Assembly (NCBI GenBank): GCA_965240325.2
Contig: OZ251227.1
Coordinates: 310,001 to 374,000, forward strand
Reading direction: 5' to 3'
From: Rebecca billardiae RCC1528
Taxonomy: Eukaryota; Protista; Haptophyta
Length of the DNA stretch: 64,000 nt
In this document: in pieces, positions 11,517 through 23,350 of the stretch
How the letters are laid out: every line of letters starts with the position of its first letter
How positions within the stretch are numbered: position 1 is the first letter of the stretch
Program-made: the position numbers and the translations under genes
Notes under the pieces: model-generated
Told to the model about the DNA's origin: nothing
Databases searched by the model: none
The model's input: only the letters and a program-made list of their open reading frames with translations

Positions 11517-12815
11517 ATGGCGCCCGCCCGCGCGGCCACGGCGCGAGCGGCCGCTGCGTTCATCGCCCTGATGCTACCGCGTACTATGGCCGCAGTCGAG
11601 CTGGCGGGCTTCCAGCGCCTCGCCAACTGGAAGCTGCCCATGACGCTACGCCTCGCGGACGCCACCCTTCGCAGCATCAGGGGCATGCGCATTGTACACC
11701 TCATCGCCATGTACGGTCGTCGCCGCCATGTTCCAATCGAGCACATGTGCAGCGTCGAGTCCTTTGCGCGCGCGGCCGCGTGCCCAGCGAACGTGAGTGC
11801 TCCACCTCCGATCGCCATCATCGTCTGGGTCTCAGATCGGCGCGCCTTCCTGGCGCATCACGCCGCGCGGATGCGAGTGGCGCTCAAAGAGGCCAGGCTC
11901 CGGCCCTGTGCGCATGCACGTCGCACAGTCAGCATCATCCCGATCGAGGCCTCCGAGAAAGACATGCTGACCGTCAGTGGCGACCCACGCTGGCACAAGC
12001 TCCTCCCCCTGACCGCGCCGCTGCTGCACGCCGTCAACCCCGCCGTGCGGAGCGACTTTGTCCGGCTTGAAGTCGTTCGCCGATACGGCGGTCTGTACGC
12101 GGACGTGGACACGATGGCCGTGCGCGACCTGACGACGGCGTACGCCGACCTGGTCGCGCTTGAGCCGTTCGAGCAGGTGAACAACTCCCCATTCGCGTTC
12201 CGCGCGCCCAGTCACCCCTTCATCGATCGCGCGATCACGCGCATTGTGGACGAGCGCCGCGTCGAGTTCGGGCAGGCAGGTCCGAAGTTGTTCACCGCGG
12301 TGCTAGACGAGCTGTGCGGAGGGCGGGACGGACAGCCGCCGCGTGGTGCGCGACCGACAGCCGCCGCGTGGTGCCGTAACGTGACAGTTCTCGCGAGGGA
12401 GCAGACCTACCCCTTCGCAACCTGGAAGCAGATCAACCGCGGAAGCTTCCTCGCGCCCGCTGCGCACATGGCAAAGGCGGCGCAGACCTCGCGCAAGGGG
12501 GCCCTCGTGCACTACGTCAACTCCATGACCAACAACGCGTACGGCCTCAGGCCGGGCGCAGCGGCAGCGAACGGCAGCGCGGGCGAGACGCGGCTCGCGT
12601 GCGCGAGCAACTCCACAGATGACTGGGAGGCCTCCCTTCTCGTGGACCTGCGCTCGTCCTACTGCCCTGTGCACCACCGCGCGCTCAGAGACCTCGTGAG
12701 CAAACACCGACCCGTCCCCACTGAGTCGCAGGGCGGGTGGGAGCCCAGCCCGGAGTGTCTCGCGCTCTTCGTGCCGTCATCGGCGGAGTTGAGTCGTGCA
12801 CGGCCCACGGCCTGA
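11517..12815 (+). CDS. Glycosyltransferase with DXD sugar-binding region (GT32 / alpha-1,4-glycosyltransferase-like)
   Basis: Motifs RSDFVRLEVVRRYGGLYADVD, NNSPF....PSHPFI and GPKLFT. N-terminal hydrophobic anchor. Confidence 0.85.
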   Translation: MAPARAATARAAAAFIALMLPRTMAAVELAGFQRLANWKLPMTLRLADATLRSIRGMRIVHLIAMYGRRRHVPIEHMCSVESFARAAACPANVSAPPPIAIIVWVSDRRAFLAHHAARMRVALKEARLRPCAHARRTVSIIPIEASEKDMLTVSGDPRWHKLLPLTAPLLHAVNPAVRSDFVRLEVVRRYGGLYADVDTMAVRDLTTAYADLVALEPFEQVNNSPFAFRAPSHPFIDRAITRIVDERRVEFGQAGPKLFTAVLDELCGGRDGQPPRGARPTAAAWCRNVTVLAREQTYPFATWKQINRGSFLAPAAHMAKAAQTSRKGALVHYVNSMTNNAYGLRPGAAAANGSAGETRLACASNSTDDWEASLLVDLRSSYCPVHHRALRDLVSKHRPVPTESQGGWEPSPECLALFVPSSAELSRARPTA

Positions 12816-14025
12816 CGAGACGGAGCTGCGAGTCACGCTGAGACACGAGTGGAGTGAGTACGGGCACGGAGCGGCCGTCGCGGCGTCGCCGCCCATGCGC
12901 CCGCACGGGCCGCAGCTGTCGATCGGCCCGCAGCAGTCTCGATAACAAATAATAGGTCACAAAACCGTTGACCATCATAATACTGTGAACACTGTCCGTG
13001 CCTCGCCCTCGTGGCTCGTGGGCGCTGATGACACTGTTGACCTACTGATGCTGTTCCAACGCAACGGTGGATGGGCATATATGCTGATGACGATGACGAT
13101 AATTGATATATCATCGTCGATTCGCGAGCGCCGCGCCGTCACTAGACACTACGCGCCGCGGGCCACGTCGATCGTCGTCAATAATAGCTAGCAGCCTGAC
13201 CGTCGTCTCCGCGGAGCCGCCGGGCCGCCTCGGACGGCTGGCGCCCGCTGGCGGACGACCGTGCGCGGGCACGCCCGGCCGCCCGGGCCGAGACCAAGTG
13301 CGGCGCGTGCGGCCCGCACGGCCCGGCAGCCCGGGCGGCGTCGCGCGTCAGCACGTTGACGTACTCACGTACTGCGTCGCCGTCGCGACGTCTCGCCGTC
13401 GCGGACGCGCAGCGCCGCCCCCGTGATTCCGCAGGCGGTGCCGCTGATGATGATTGACATATATATGTACGTTGTCGATGATGAACTGATGATATGCTCA
13501 GTTACCAGTACAGGCAGTATAAGTAGGCAGTAGCAGTCGTCGTAGTTTGACAGTGTCAGGGATATCACTCAGCATCGGCGTCGCCGCGTCGTCGATCGGC
13601 CGCGATTGGCCGCTGCGGCACTGCGCGGCCGCGGCGCACCGCGGCCGGTGGCCCGGCTGGCCGTGTGAGTCATCGTCGGAACTCGTGCCGCACCGGGTGG
13701 CCGGCGGTCCCACCCACCGGCTGACCGGCGCCACGCCGCCACTCCCGCCCGCTACCCGGGCGGCCGGACCCGGCGGTCGGGGGCCGGCGCCCGAGGGGCC
13801 GGGGAGCGTCTGCCCACGGGGTGCTGTCGGGCGTCGCCGTGGCCGTGCGGCTGGCGCACTGTATGTCAGTCGAAATGTTCATATTCAGCAAATATTGTCG
13901 GACTACTACACTGATGACATCATCAGTCGTCACTCGTGTCTCGTCAGTCGATCACCGCAGTCCGCACTGCCTCATCGGCTCAGATGCTGATCAGTCGTTA
14001 TGTATCATATATGTGTATGTGTGTG

Positions 14026-14148
<123 letters not shown>

Positions 14149-14969
14149 GTGTGGGGGTGGGTATTGGTACAATAACTGATTGTCTAAGAGGACGATACAA
14201 GAACGCCGGGCGCCAGCGCCGCTCATCAGCCACCTCGCCCTGTACCAGACCATCGCCTCATTGAAGGGCTGCTTCCGGACAATCATTATCAGTCTGTCCG
14301 GGTTTTCTGCCGCCCAGGAGATCGGTTTCACTTTCCGGCGCCGGCCCCGGCCGCTGCTTCGCCAGGCGCGGGCGTGCGAGATGGCTCCAGCCAGGCTCGT
14401 GGCCCTGCCGTCGCCGGCGGCGGCGGCTCGCACGCGGGTGGCGCGTCGCGTGCACCGACCAACTACATCTTTGAGTAGAATCTTTCGGCAAGCAACGCGG
14501 CGGTAAGCAACGCTCCACATCGCGCCCCCTCGCGCTTCGGGCCACCGCATCTTCTCTCTCTGCGTGCGTGCGCACCCGGCGTCGGCGTTCACGAGGACGG
14601 CTAGACATATGATATTAGATATGTGCCAGCTGGAATCGGACTGACTACCGAGACTGCCTGCTGGCGACGTCAGCGACATAATTCTGCACGCTCGGGGCCA
14701 CGCGGGCATCACGGACACGGGGCCATATCAGTATCAGTAGTATATATGATGGATGATGATGACATCACTATATACTACGGCTACGACTGCTGATGCTGAT
14801 GCCGCTGCGGCGGTCGTTAGTGCCGTAGTCTGAGATTGGCCCTGCGCTGCTTCGGCTCGGTCGGCTCCGCGATTCGTCTGATTTCATTTTCTGGTGGCGT
14901 TACACAACTACTGCTTGATGCGGACTCGGCGGACTGCGGACACTTCCCAGCCGGCACATCGACGCTGGG

Positions 14970-15964
14970 CTACAAGTACGAGTCGCCTCGCGGCAGCCCC
15001 ATCATCCGGTACTCCACCGACGCGTTCAGCTCGGCACGGTTCTTCGCGTACTTCTCGTCCGTCATCTGCAGCAGCCGCTCCGCACGGCCAAAGTGCTCGC
15101 GCGCCTGCTGCAGGTTGCCTGCGTGGAGGAACGTCTCGCCCACCTTACGGAGCTCGGTCGCACGCGAGAGACGCACGCGTTCGAGCTCCTGCGCTCGCAC
15201 CCTGCATGCACGCGGCCGCACGCGCAGTACAGCGCAGCCGGGTTGTCGCGATCAGGGCCGTGTGCGGCGCGGGCCGTGGCGCCCTTGAGACGCGCACCAC
15301 GCCTGCGCACGCGGTGTGCGCGCATGAGCTGGCCGTGGGCGCGCGCGCGCACCCGGTGAGCTGCTCCCGCATGGAGTCTGTAAGGTCCGCGTCCGCCGCC
15401 TCGCTGCGAGACGTGAGCTCGGCGGCACGCTTTGCCGCGGCAAGCTGCTCGAAGCGCGCGGTCTGCCGCAGGTGCGCTGAGCTGAGCGTGGGCGGCTGGA
15501 TCGAGGCGCCGTCGCGCGTTCCGCGCGTTGGCGTGGACGCCGACGAGGCTGCACCCGTGTGCCCCTTGCTGAATCGACCTCTGTACCCAAGGTCGTACAT
15601 GAGCCTCAGCTCAGACTGCTTGCGCGAGCTGCCGCGCGGCCTCTGCTCTACCACGTTCAGATCCGAGTCTGGGCACCACACGAGGGAGATGGAGGTGTTC
15701 GCGCCGCTCACGTCGAGGCGAGGGAGGCCAGCTCGCTCGTTTGCGAGCCGTCTTTTCCACTGCGGATGCGGTGGCGCACGCGCGGGCCGCGGCACCACAG
15801 TCAGTGCGCATGGGCATCACGCCATTGCTCCCGCGTGCGTGTGTGCGCGCGTGGGTGGCTGTGAGCTCACGCCGCTCGGTGCGCACCTGCTCGTCGATCG
15901 CGAAAGGGGAGTACGTGCGTATTCCATGCGCGGCGACGCTTTTGGGTTCCATGTGCTTGGTCAT
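14970..15964 (-). CDS. Spliced hypothetical protein with a C-terminal TPR-like helix pair; intron 15760-15886 and at least one more intron between about 15190 and 15352
   Basis: GT-AG splice joins MTKHMEPK...DEQ to WKRRLANE.... The last exon [27 protein letters not shown] is TPR-like. Confidence 0.5.
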
Positions 15965-16199
15965 AGCCCGACAACGGCGGAGACGCCGCTCCTCCGCGCC
16001 GCTGATCAAGAGAGCGCCGTTTCTCACCGCCAAGGTGCCCCCACTCGCGGCCCCGCACTCTGCTCGCCGCAAAGCCAAGGCTTCAGACTCGTTCGCCGCA
16101 GGTCTGGAGCACGCGATGCAGACGATCTTTGGAGCGACGAATCTCAAATCCCACTCGAGTGCGGACGTCTTCGGCCGCGCGCGACATCGCGGCCGATTA

Positions 16200-18334
16200 A
16201 TGATGCTGGTCGCCTGGGCCATCCTCGCGCCGGTGCTGGCGTACCATGGGCCGGTGGGGCGCGCGCCGGCGAGCCGCTTGGCCCGCAGCCGCGTCTCCAT
16301 GGCGGATGGCTTCGACTACGACCTCGCCATCATCGGCTGCGGCGTGGGCGGCCACGGCGCGGCCCTGCACGCCGTGTCCAAGGGGCTGAAGACGTGCATC
16401 TTCACCGGCGGCGACGCGGGCGGCACGTGCGTCAACCGCGGGTGCGTGCCGTCCAAGGCGCTTCTCGCCGCGTCCGGCCGCGTCCGCGAGATGCAGGACG
16501 ACGAGCACCTCAAGGCCCTCGGCATCAACGTGAACGGCCTGGTCGAGTACGATCGCGCAAAGGTGGCGGCGCACGCTAACGACCTCGCCACGCGCGTGAA
16601 GGGCAACCTTGTGAACTCGCTCAAGGCGTTGGGCGTGGACATCATCGAGGAGAAGGGCGCGATCGCGCCCGGCGGGCAGAAGGTGCAGTGCGTCGGCACC
16701 GACCGCGTGGTCAACGCCAAGGACATCATCCTCGCGACCGGCTCGATCCCGTTCGTGCCACCGGGCATCACTGTCGACGACAAGACGGTCTTCACCTCGG
16801 ACGGGGCGCTGAAGCTGGAGTGGGTGCCGGACTGGGTGGCGATCATCGGCTCGGGCTACATCGGCCTGGAGTTCTCCGACGTGTACACGGCTCTCGGCTC
16901 CGAGGGTGCGGCTGCCACCGCGCGTGCGCGCGGCGGGGCTCGCGCAGAGCGCGCCAGCTCGGCCGCGCGGCTGCCGCAGGTGTCGCAGGTGTCGCCGCTG
17001 TCGCGCCGGCTCACGCCGCAGGGTGCCCTCGCCCGCGCTGTGCTCCCGCGCGCCCGCAGTGACCTTCATCGAGGCGATGGACCGCATCATGCCCACCTTC
17101 GACACGCAGATCGCTCAGGTCGCCCAGCGCATGCTCATCCGCCCGCGCGCCATTGACTACCGCACCGGCGTGTTCGCGGCCGAGGTCACGCCCGGCGTGC
17201 CCGGCGAGAAGCCTGTCCGGATCAAGATGATCGACGCGGGGAGCAAGGAGCACGTGGAGACGCTCGAGGTGGACGCGTGCATGGTGGCCACCGGCCGCGT
17301 GCCCTTCACCAACGGCCTCGGCCTCGACGCGTGCGGCATCGAGACGATGCGCGGCTTTGTGCAAGTGAACGAGATGATGCAGGTGCGTGCGCACACGTCG
17401 GCTCTGCGCGCGCGCGCGCCCGGGGCCGCGTGCGCGGCGCGCGTGAGGAGAGACGGACGGGCGCGAGCACGCCCCGCGAGATCACTGCTGGCACATCCTC
17501 GCCCCGGACCGCGCCGCGTCCGCGTGCAGGTGCTCGACAAGCCGGACGGCAAGGTCGTGCCGCACCTGTACTGCATCGGCGATGCCAATGGCAAGATGAT
17601 GCTGGCACACGCCGCGTCCGCGCAGGGCATCTCGGCCGTCGAGAACATCGCGGGCAAGAAGCACGTGGTGAACCATGAGGCGATCCCGGCGGCGTGCTTC
17701 ACCCACCCCGAGATCGCCTTCGTCGGCCTCGACGAGGCGATGGCCAAGGAGCGGGCCGAGAAGGAGGGCTTCGAGCTCGGCATCGGCATGGGCAACTTCC
17801 GCGCAAATTCCAAGGTGCGGCGCCCGCCCGACCGCCTCACGTGCTGGGCGAGCGACAGTTGTGGGCCGAGGCGGAGCGCGGGGCGGGGCGTCGCGCGTGC
17901 GCCATGCCTCTCCGCGCTGCGCTCACCCGCGCGCCCCGCTCCTTCGCGCCCCCTCCGCAGGCGCTTGCGGAGGCGTCGGGCGAGGGCGTGGCCAAGGTGA
18001 TGTTCAACAAAGCCTCGCGTAAGGTGCTGGGCGTGCACATCGTCGGGCTGCACGCGGCGGACCTGATCCAGGAGTGCGCAAACGCGATCGAGGTTGGCAC
18101 GACGATCGACGAGCTTGCGATGATCACGCACACGCACCCGACGCTGTCGGAGGTGCTCGACGAGGTTCGTCACGCGTCGGCACCTGCGGCACGCGCGCAC
18201 ATCTCGCCTGTGCGCTCCGCGCGCCCCGACCATCTGAAGCGACGGCGCACTTCTGACGCGCGCACGCCCACGTGCGCAACGCCCGCACCGGCTTGCAGGC
18301 GTTCAAGGGCGCGGTTGGCCGCACGGCACACTAA
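16200..18334 (+). CDS. LPD: Plastid dihydrolipoamide dehydrogenase (E3); exons 16200-16905, 17060-17382, 17530-17814, 17961-18164, 18299-18334
   Basis: FAD motif IIGCGVGG, redox disulfide [38 protein letters not shown] and HTHPTLSE. Four GT-AG introns keep the frame. N-terminal presequence. Confidence 0.95.
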
Positions 18335-19016
18335 GCCGACGTCGCCACCTCGTACTCGAGCGCGAGACCGACGTGCGGGGCAGACTATTTGGTGATGCAT
18401 CGGAGGCGCCATCGCGGCCGGACCGTGAGTGCTCACACGCTAGTGAGCCTAGTGACCTCACGCACACGCCCACCTCGGCCTCGTGTAGCGAAGCGAGCAG
18501 TCTCACTGTCAGTGTCAAAGGACAATCAATTAAATAACGACAATATATCGCGCACTTTCTCGTGGCCGAGCACCGCATGAGTCAGATAAGGATTGAGGCG
18601 CACACCGTTCGAGCAGACTCATCAATTGACTGACCGTCTGACGACAATAAGAGACTTATTTAAGAGCGTGGCCTGAGTCCAGGCCTGACCTGTGAGTGTG
18701 AGTGGCGATATGATGCGCCCGACGATTATTAGGGATTTTGGCGCGAGTGGTTAAATCCTCATTTTGACCAACTACTCAGTCTGCGCAGTCCGCAGCCTGA
18801 CGAGTGACGCCAGCTACGAGACCGAGTGTTAGGCGACTACGAGTACTCGGAGCACCGTACTACCGATCCGCGTATAGATAAGTATTACAAGCTGCGAGTG
18901 GCACCGTACGTTGCTCGGATAGTGAGTACTTAGTGACTCGGAGCAGGTGAGATGGCGCTTGCGCAGCACGATCGTGATGCGGTGACGACAATGTCAGCAC
19001 ATACATCCGACATCGT

Positions 19017-20631
19017 TCACGCCGAACGAGTGGAGGCCCACAGCCGGTTGAGCGAGGTGAGCGCCTCGACAACCGCCACCTCGTCGCTCTCGCTGGCAGC
19101 GCTGTACTGGGCGGCGGCGTGCTGGTTGGCGGAGGCAATCTTGGCCACGCGCATATCTGCGTGTGAATTCACGTGGCGGCAGGGCAGGCGCGCGTAGTGT
19201 GAGTGTCTTCTTTGCAAGGCGCAGTGCTCTGCGCCCCGCGTGCGCACGCGCAAGCTGCACACACCTGCGGGTGAGTCGTTGGCGCCGTCTGTGCCAAGTG
19301 CGACGTTGCGCTCTCCCAGCGGTGCACGCTCCGGCGAGGGCCGGGCGACGTATGCCGGCGCAGGCGCTGCAATGTCGTCGACGTCCTCCAAGACAAACTC
19401 GCCGAGGCTCTCCTCCTCGGCCATCTCCGTGGAAGCCTCTGCGTCGGCGGCGAGATCGGCCGCACTCGGCTTGTCGCTCGGGACCACGCCGTTGCCCACC
19501 GCTTGCGCCTCCTTCTCCGCCTGCTGCGCGCTGAGCTCCTCCCCCGTGGGCCCCTCGTAGTTCCACGCGATCAGCTCGGCAAGCATGTGCCCGCCCTTTT
19601 GCTCAAAAATCCAACCCGAGCCGTCGCGCAGCCGCAAGAAGGCGACGAGCGGCCCGTCCAGCCCGGTGCGCCGGAAGACGCGCATGTCCACCTCCACCGC
19701 CACGCCGCGCGGCACGTTGAGCGGGTGCTTGGCGTCGCCCGCGTCTGCGACGCGGTGCGCGTTGTCGTCGCTCGCAACGTGGCGCACACCGATGCCACCC
19801 TCGAAGATTACCTTGTACATCCACGACCCCACCTGCAGTCCGCGCCATGCGCGCGCACACAGACGGTCTCAAGACGTGCACGTCCGCTTGCGTGCACACG
19901 CGCAGCGCACGCGGGCGGACTGCGCACCTGCGGCTGGAGCTCGAGGACCAGGGGCATGCCCGAGTCCATCTGGAGCACGTAGCCCCGCCCGTCCTTCAGT
20001 CGGAGGTACCTCTCGCCGCGCACGTCCACCTGCCCAGCGGCCTCGAACACGTCCCCGTACCGCATGGTCAGCGTGTACACTCGAGGCGCCATCAGCTTTG
20101 TGAGCCGCGTCGAGAGCTTGACGTCCGTGCGGCTCGCGAGCTTGCGCACACTGATGGGGATGGGAGCGGGCGCACATGCGCGCAAGCGCGCCCGCGTCCA
20201 TCATCGGCGGGTGAGCACAAAACCGGATGGCTCGCAGCGCACGGCCCGCGCACGAGGGCCGCGCGGAGCGGGCGCCGCGCGTACCGGAGCACGTCTGTCA
20301 GCACGCGGAAGATGCCGTTGCACGGCGTGACGTCAGCCGGCTCGAGGGCCTTTTCGCCGAGTACGGATTGCTCCGCAACCCAGCCCTTCCCGGTCGCGAT
20401 GCGCAAGAACACCCCGCCGCTCTTCAGCGTGGCGCGCATGTTGACGTCGAGCACGTCGCCCCGGCGCACAAACTGGTCCGCGTGGCGCAGGCAGCGCGCC
20501 TTCTGCGCGAGCGAGGACTGAGTCTTGCCAGGCTCGAGCGGGAGCTCCGCGTGCACGGGCAGCTCGGGCGCGAGCACCACGTACGGCGTGGAGAGCATCT
20601 CCTCGGCCTCGGCAACGTGCGAGAGCAGCAT
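19017..20631 (-). CDS. Protein with three SH3b-like repeats and an acidic tail; introns 20151-20284, 19833-19927, 19157-19264
   Basis: Repeats end in FLRIATGKGWV, YLRLKDGRGYV and FLRLRDGSGWI. GT-AG junctions are in frame. Confidence 0.65.
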
Positions 20632-20782
20632 GGCGAGCGGCGCGGACGACGCGAGGGCGCGAGTAGTCTTTCAAACTTCAAGCTCACGGCCACGGTCCGG
20701 CGCGGAACGTTTCATCACACATGCATCGGCGGGTGGAGATGGGTGTCACTCGACTCACTCCCATCTCCCGGACCTGGAGACG

Positions 20783-22156
20783 ATGGCGCCTCGCGTGCTC
20801 ACGCCAATGACGCGCCGCGCGTTGCCGGCAGCTGTCGCCCTCGTCGTGACTGCCATGACGACCGCACACGCCGCGCGGGGGGTCTCACGCCTCACCCCGT
20901 CGCAGGGCCTGCCGGCGTGCCCGGGCACGTCAGGCACAGGCCGGTTCGAGCCGTGTGACTCTGAGACGCAGCTGCGCGAGCTCATGCAGGCGCGGATCAA
21001 TCGGCTGCAGCACGACGCCTTCGATCACTGCGGGAGCTGCTTATACCCGGCCGCCGAGCGCACACACCTCACGTGGCTCAAGGCGCTGATGGAGTCCAAG
21101 CACGTCGTGTACCACATGATGCGCGTACTCGGCGTGCAGATGGCGCGCCGCTACTTCTGCACGACCAACGTGCGCGATCTGCTCCGGCTGCACAGCCGTG
21201 CGGTCGGCGCGCCCATGCAGTACGCGCTCAAGCGGCTCGAGGGCAGCGGCGCGCACCAGGTGTACGTCATGATCAACGGCACGGAGCAGCTGCGCAACAG
21301 GCGGTACTCACTCGCCGCCATCGTCGCCGAGCGAATCAAGGCCGACGGCGGCGCGCAAAAGGGGTACAACTACGCAGTGGAGGAGCTCGTCTACTCGGCC
21401 GCGGACCCGACCCACTTCGCGAACGACGTGAAGGTGCATGTGTTTGGGGGCACCCTCGGGTACACACTCTTCCTGCCCAAGCGCTCGAACAAGGGCCCGG
21501 ACGTGCACGCGTGCCAGGTGTGCCTGCACTGCGCGCACACGAAAGCCGGCTGCAAGCATGCCAACGACCTGACCGAGTCGTACGACATGTTCCTGTACAA
21601 GCGCAAGGGCATGCGCGTGCAGTGCCCGGTACCCGCGCGCGCGCACGTGATGCACGCCCTCTCGGCCGCCCTCGGCCGCGCCTTCGGCCTCTTCATGCGC
21701 GTGGACTGGTACGAGTCGCTGCCGCTGCCCATCCTCAGCGAGATCACAGTCGTGCCCGCGTGGTCGCACTTCGAGTACAAAATGAAGCGATCGATGTGGT
21801 ACCAGCACGGCTCATTCGCCCACCAGTTCGCGCAGCTGTGGCACGGTGTCGAGGGCGGCGGCAGCGGTGGCGAGCCGCCGTGCTGGCTGCCCTCCGATTG
21901 GCGGACCCGGCTGCACACGTGCCAGGGGCTCGGCAAGAAGACGCTCGAGGAGCTCATGGCTGAGAACTGCGTGCCGGCCAAGCACCGCGGGCGCGGGAGC
22001 GGCGATCCGTCCACTCTCGCGCACAGGCTGCAGAAGGAGGTGACGAGATGGCGCAGGGCGAAGCGAGAGATCGCTGCCATCTACGCCAACGCATCCCAAT
22101 ACTCTGCCGCACCAGCGACTCCGATTCCAGCGCAGACGCAGTGCGTTGACGATTGA
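20783..22156 (+). CDS. Signal-anchored TupA-like ATP-grasp protein
   Basis: Motifs YALK, VEELV...DVKVHVFGG and FMRVDWY....ILSEITVVP match the TupA pattern DYK..C.NG / RVD.Y...GE.T..P. Hydrophobic N-terminus. Confidence 0.65.
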   Translation: MAPRVLTPMTRRALPAAVALVVTAMTTAHAARGVSRLTPSQGLPACPGTSGTGRFEPCDSETQLRELMQARINRLQHDAFDHCGSCLYPAAERTHLTWLKALMESKHVVYHMMRVLGVQMARRYFCTTNVRDLLRLHSRAVGAPMQYALKRLEGSGAHQVYVMINGTEQLRNRRYSLAAIVAERIKADGGAQKGYNYAVEELVYSAADPTHFANDVKVHVFGGTLGYTLFLPKRSNKGPDVHACQVCLHCAHTKAGCKHANDLTESYDMFLYKRKGMRVQCPVPARAHVMHALSAALGRAFGLFMRVDWYESLPLPILSEITVVPAWSHFEYKMKRSMWYQHGSFAHQFAQLWHGVEGGGSGGEPPCWLPSDWRTRLHTCQGLGKKTLEELMAENCVPAKHRGRGSGDPSTLAHRLQKEVTRWRRAKREIAAIYANASQYSAAPATPIPAQTQCVDD

Positions 22157-23350
22157 TCTTGAATATTTGATGAACGGATATCAAAGTTGACAGAAATGGC
22201 GGCCCGGACATCATGCAATTATTCAGCATACAGCAGAATACCGTGCGTATGATGGCGCAGATCATCATCGACGCTGCAACGCAAAGGAGTTGCACGGTGG
22301 CAGTAGCCGTAGGCCCCAGCAAGTCTTAAAGCTGCAGGCTCGGAACGGCAGCCGCGGCGGCCCGTGACCGGTCTGCGGGACCGCGTCGGACCCGGACGAA
22401 GTCATCATCATATGTACGACATAAATCGTGAATCTTACTGGCGCGACGTCAGCGCGCAGTCTTACGACATTGCCTTGACGACGACGGTGTCAATGCGACG
22501 ACGCCACGTGCTGACAATATTCAATAATGATATGCGCCGACCTGTGACTCGGCGTGAGGCCGCGTGACGGCTGAGCCCTGACGCCCTGACGGCGCCGGCG
22601 GGTAGTTTGTTCAAGCTAAGCTATGTATAGTGTCAAGCGCATATATCGGCGGACTATCGACTGCTGCTTGCTGGCATCAGTGCAGCATATATATAAGGAT
22701 TAAGGTACCCTAGCCCCGCCGACGAATCATCGATCATCAGCAAGATCAGGTGATGCTGGTGATGAAACTCTCACACAAACAATGGCACGCAGAGTCCCCA
22801 GGGCGGCAGTCCCGATAGTCACGGAGCAGTCCCGGCGCTGATGTCAATTGACAGTCAGAGTCATCGGACTCGCCACTCGGAGACGTCCAGTGCGACGTGT
22901 TAGCGACGTAGCCATAAAAAAACCTAGTAACTAGCTAGCTTATAGCCTTAGTATAGCAGTCAACAATGTTGCGCAGCAGTGTCATGGCACCATCATCATG
23001 AATATGATGCAGGAGCCTCATGCACCCCGGGTGTACGGGCCGGGCTACTTCTTATTGTAGCCGGTCGTGCGCGACGGCCCGCGTTCCCGCGCCCGCTGCT
23101 GATTGAGTACTACCGAGAAGTGAGTGATCGACCGCCCACCGCGCCCGCGGTCACTGCCAGTCGCCCGCAGGCATCAAGTAGTCAGGCGCTCGGGACTGAA
23201 TAAAGTATAGCGCCGAGTAGTCGTGTTACATCAGCGCGCAGTGTAGTCAGAAGTAGCAGCCACTAAGTCAGCCTGAGCCAGCAGTGTCATGTCTGCAGCA
23301 TATCTCATATTCATCAATGATAGATCTGGACGAGGACTTTGACAATGTCG

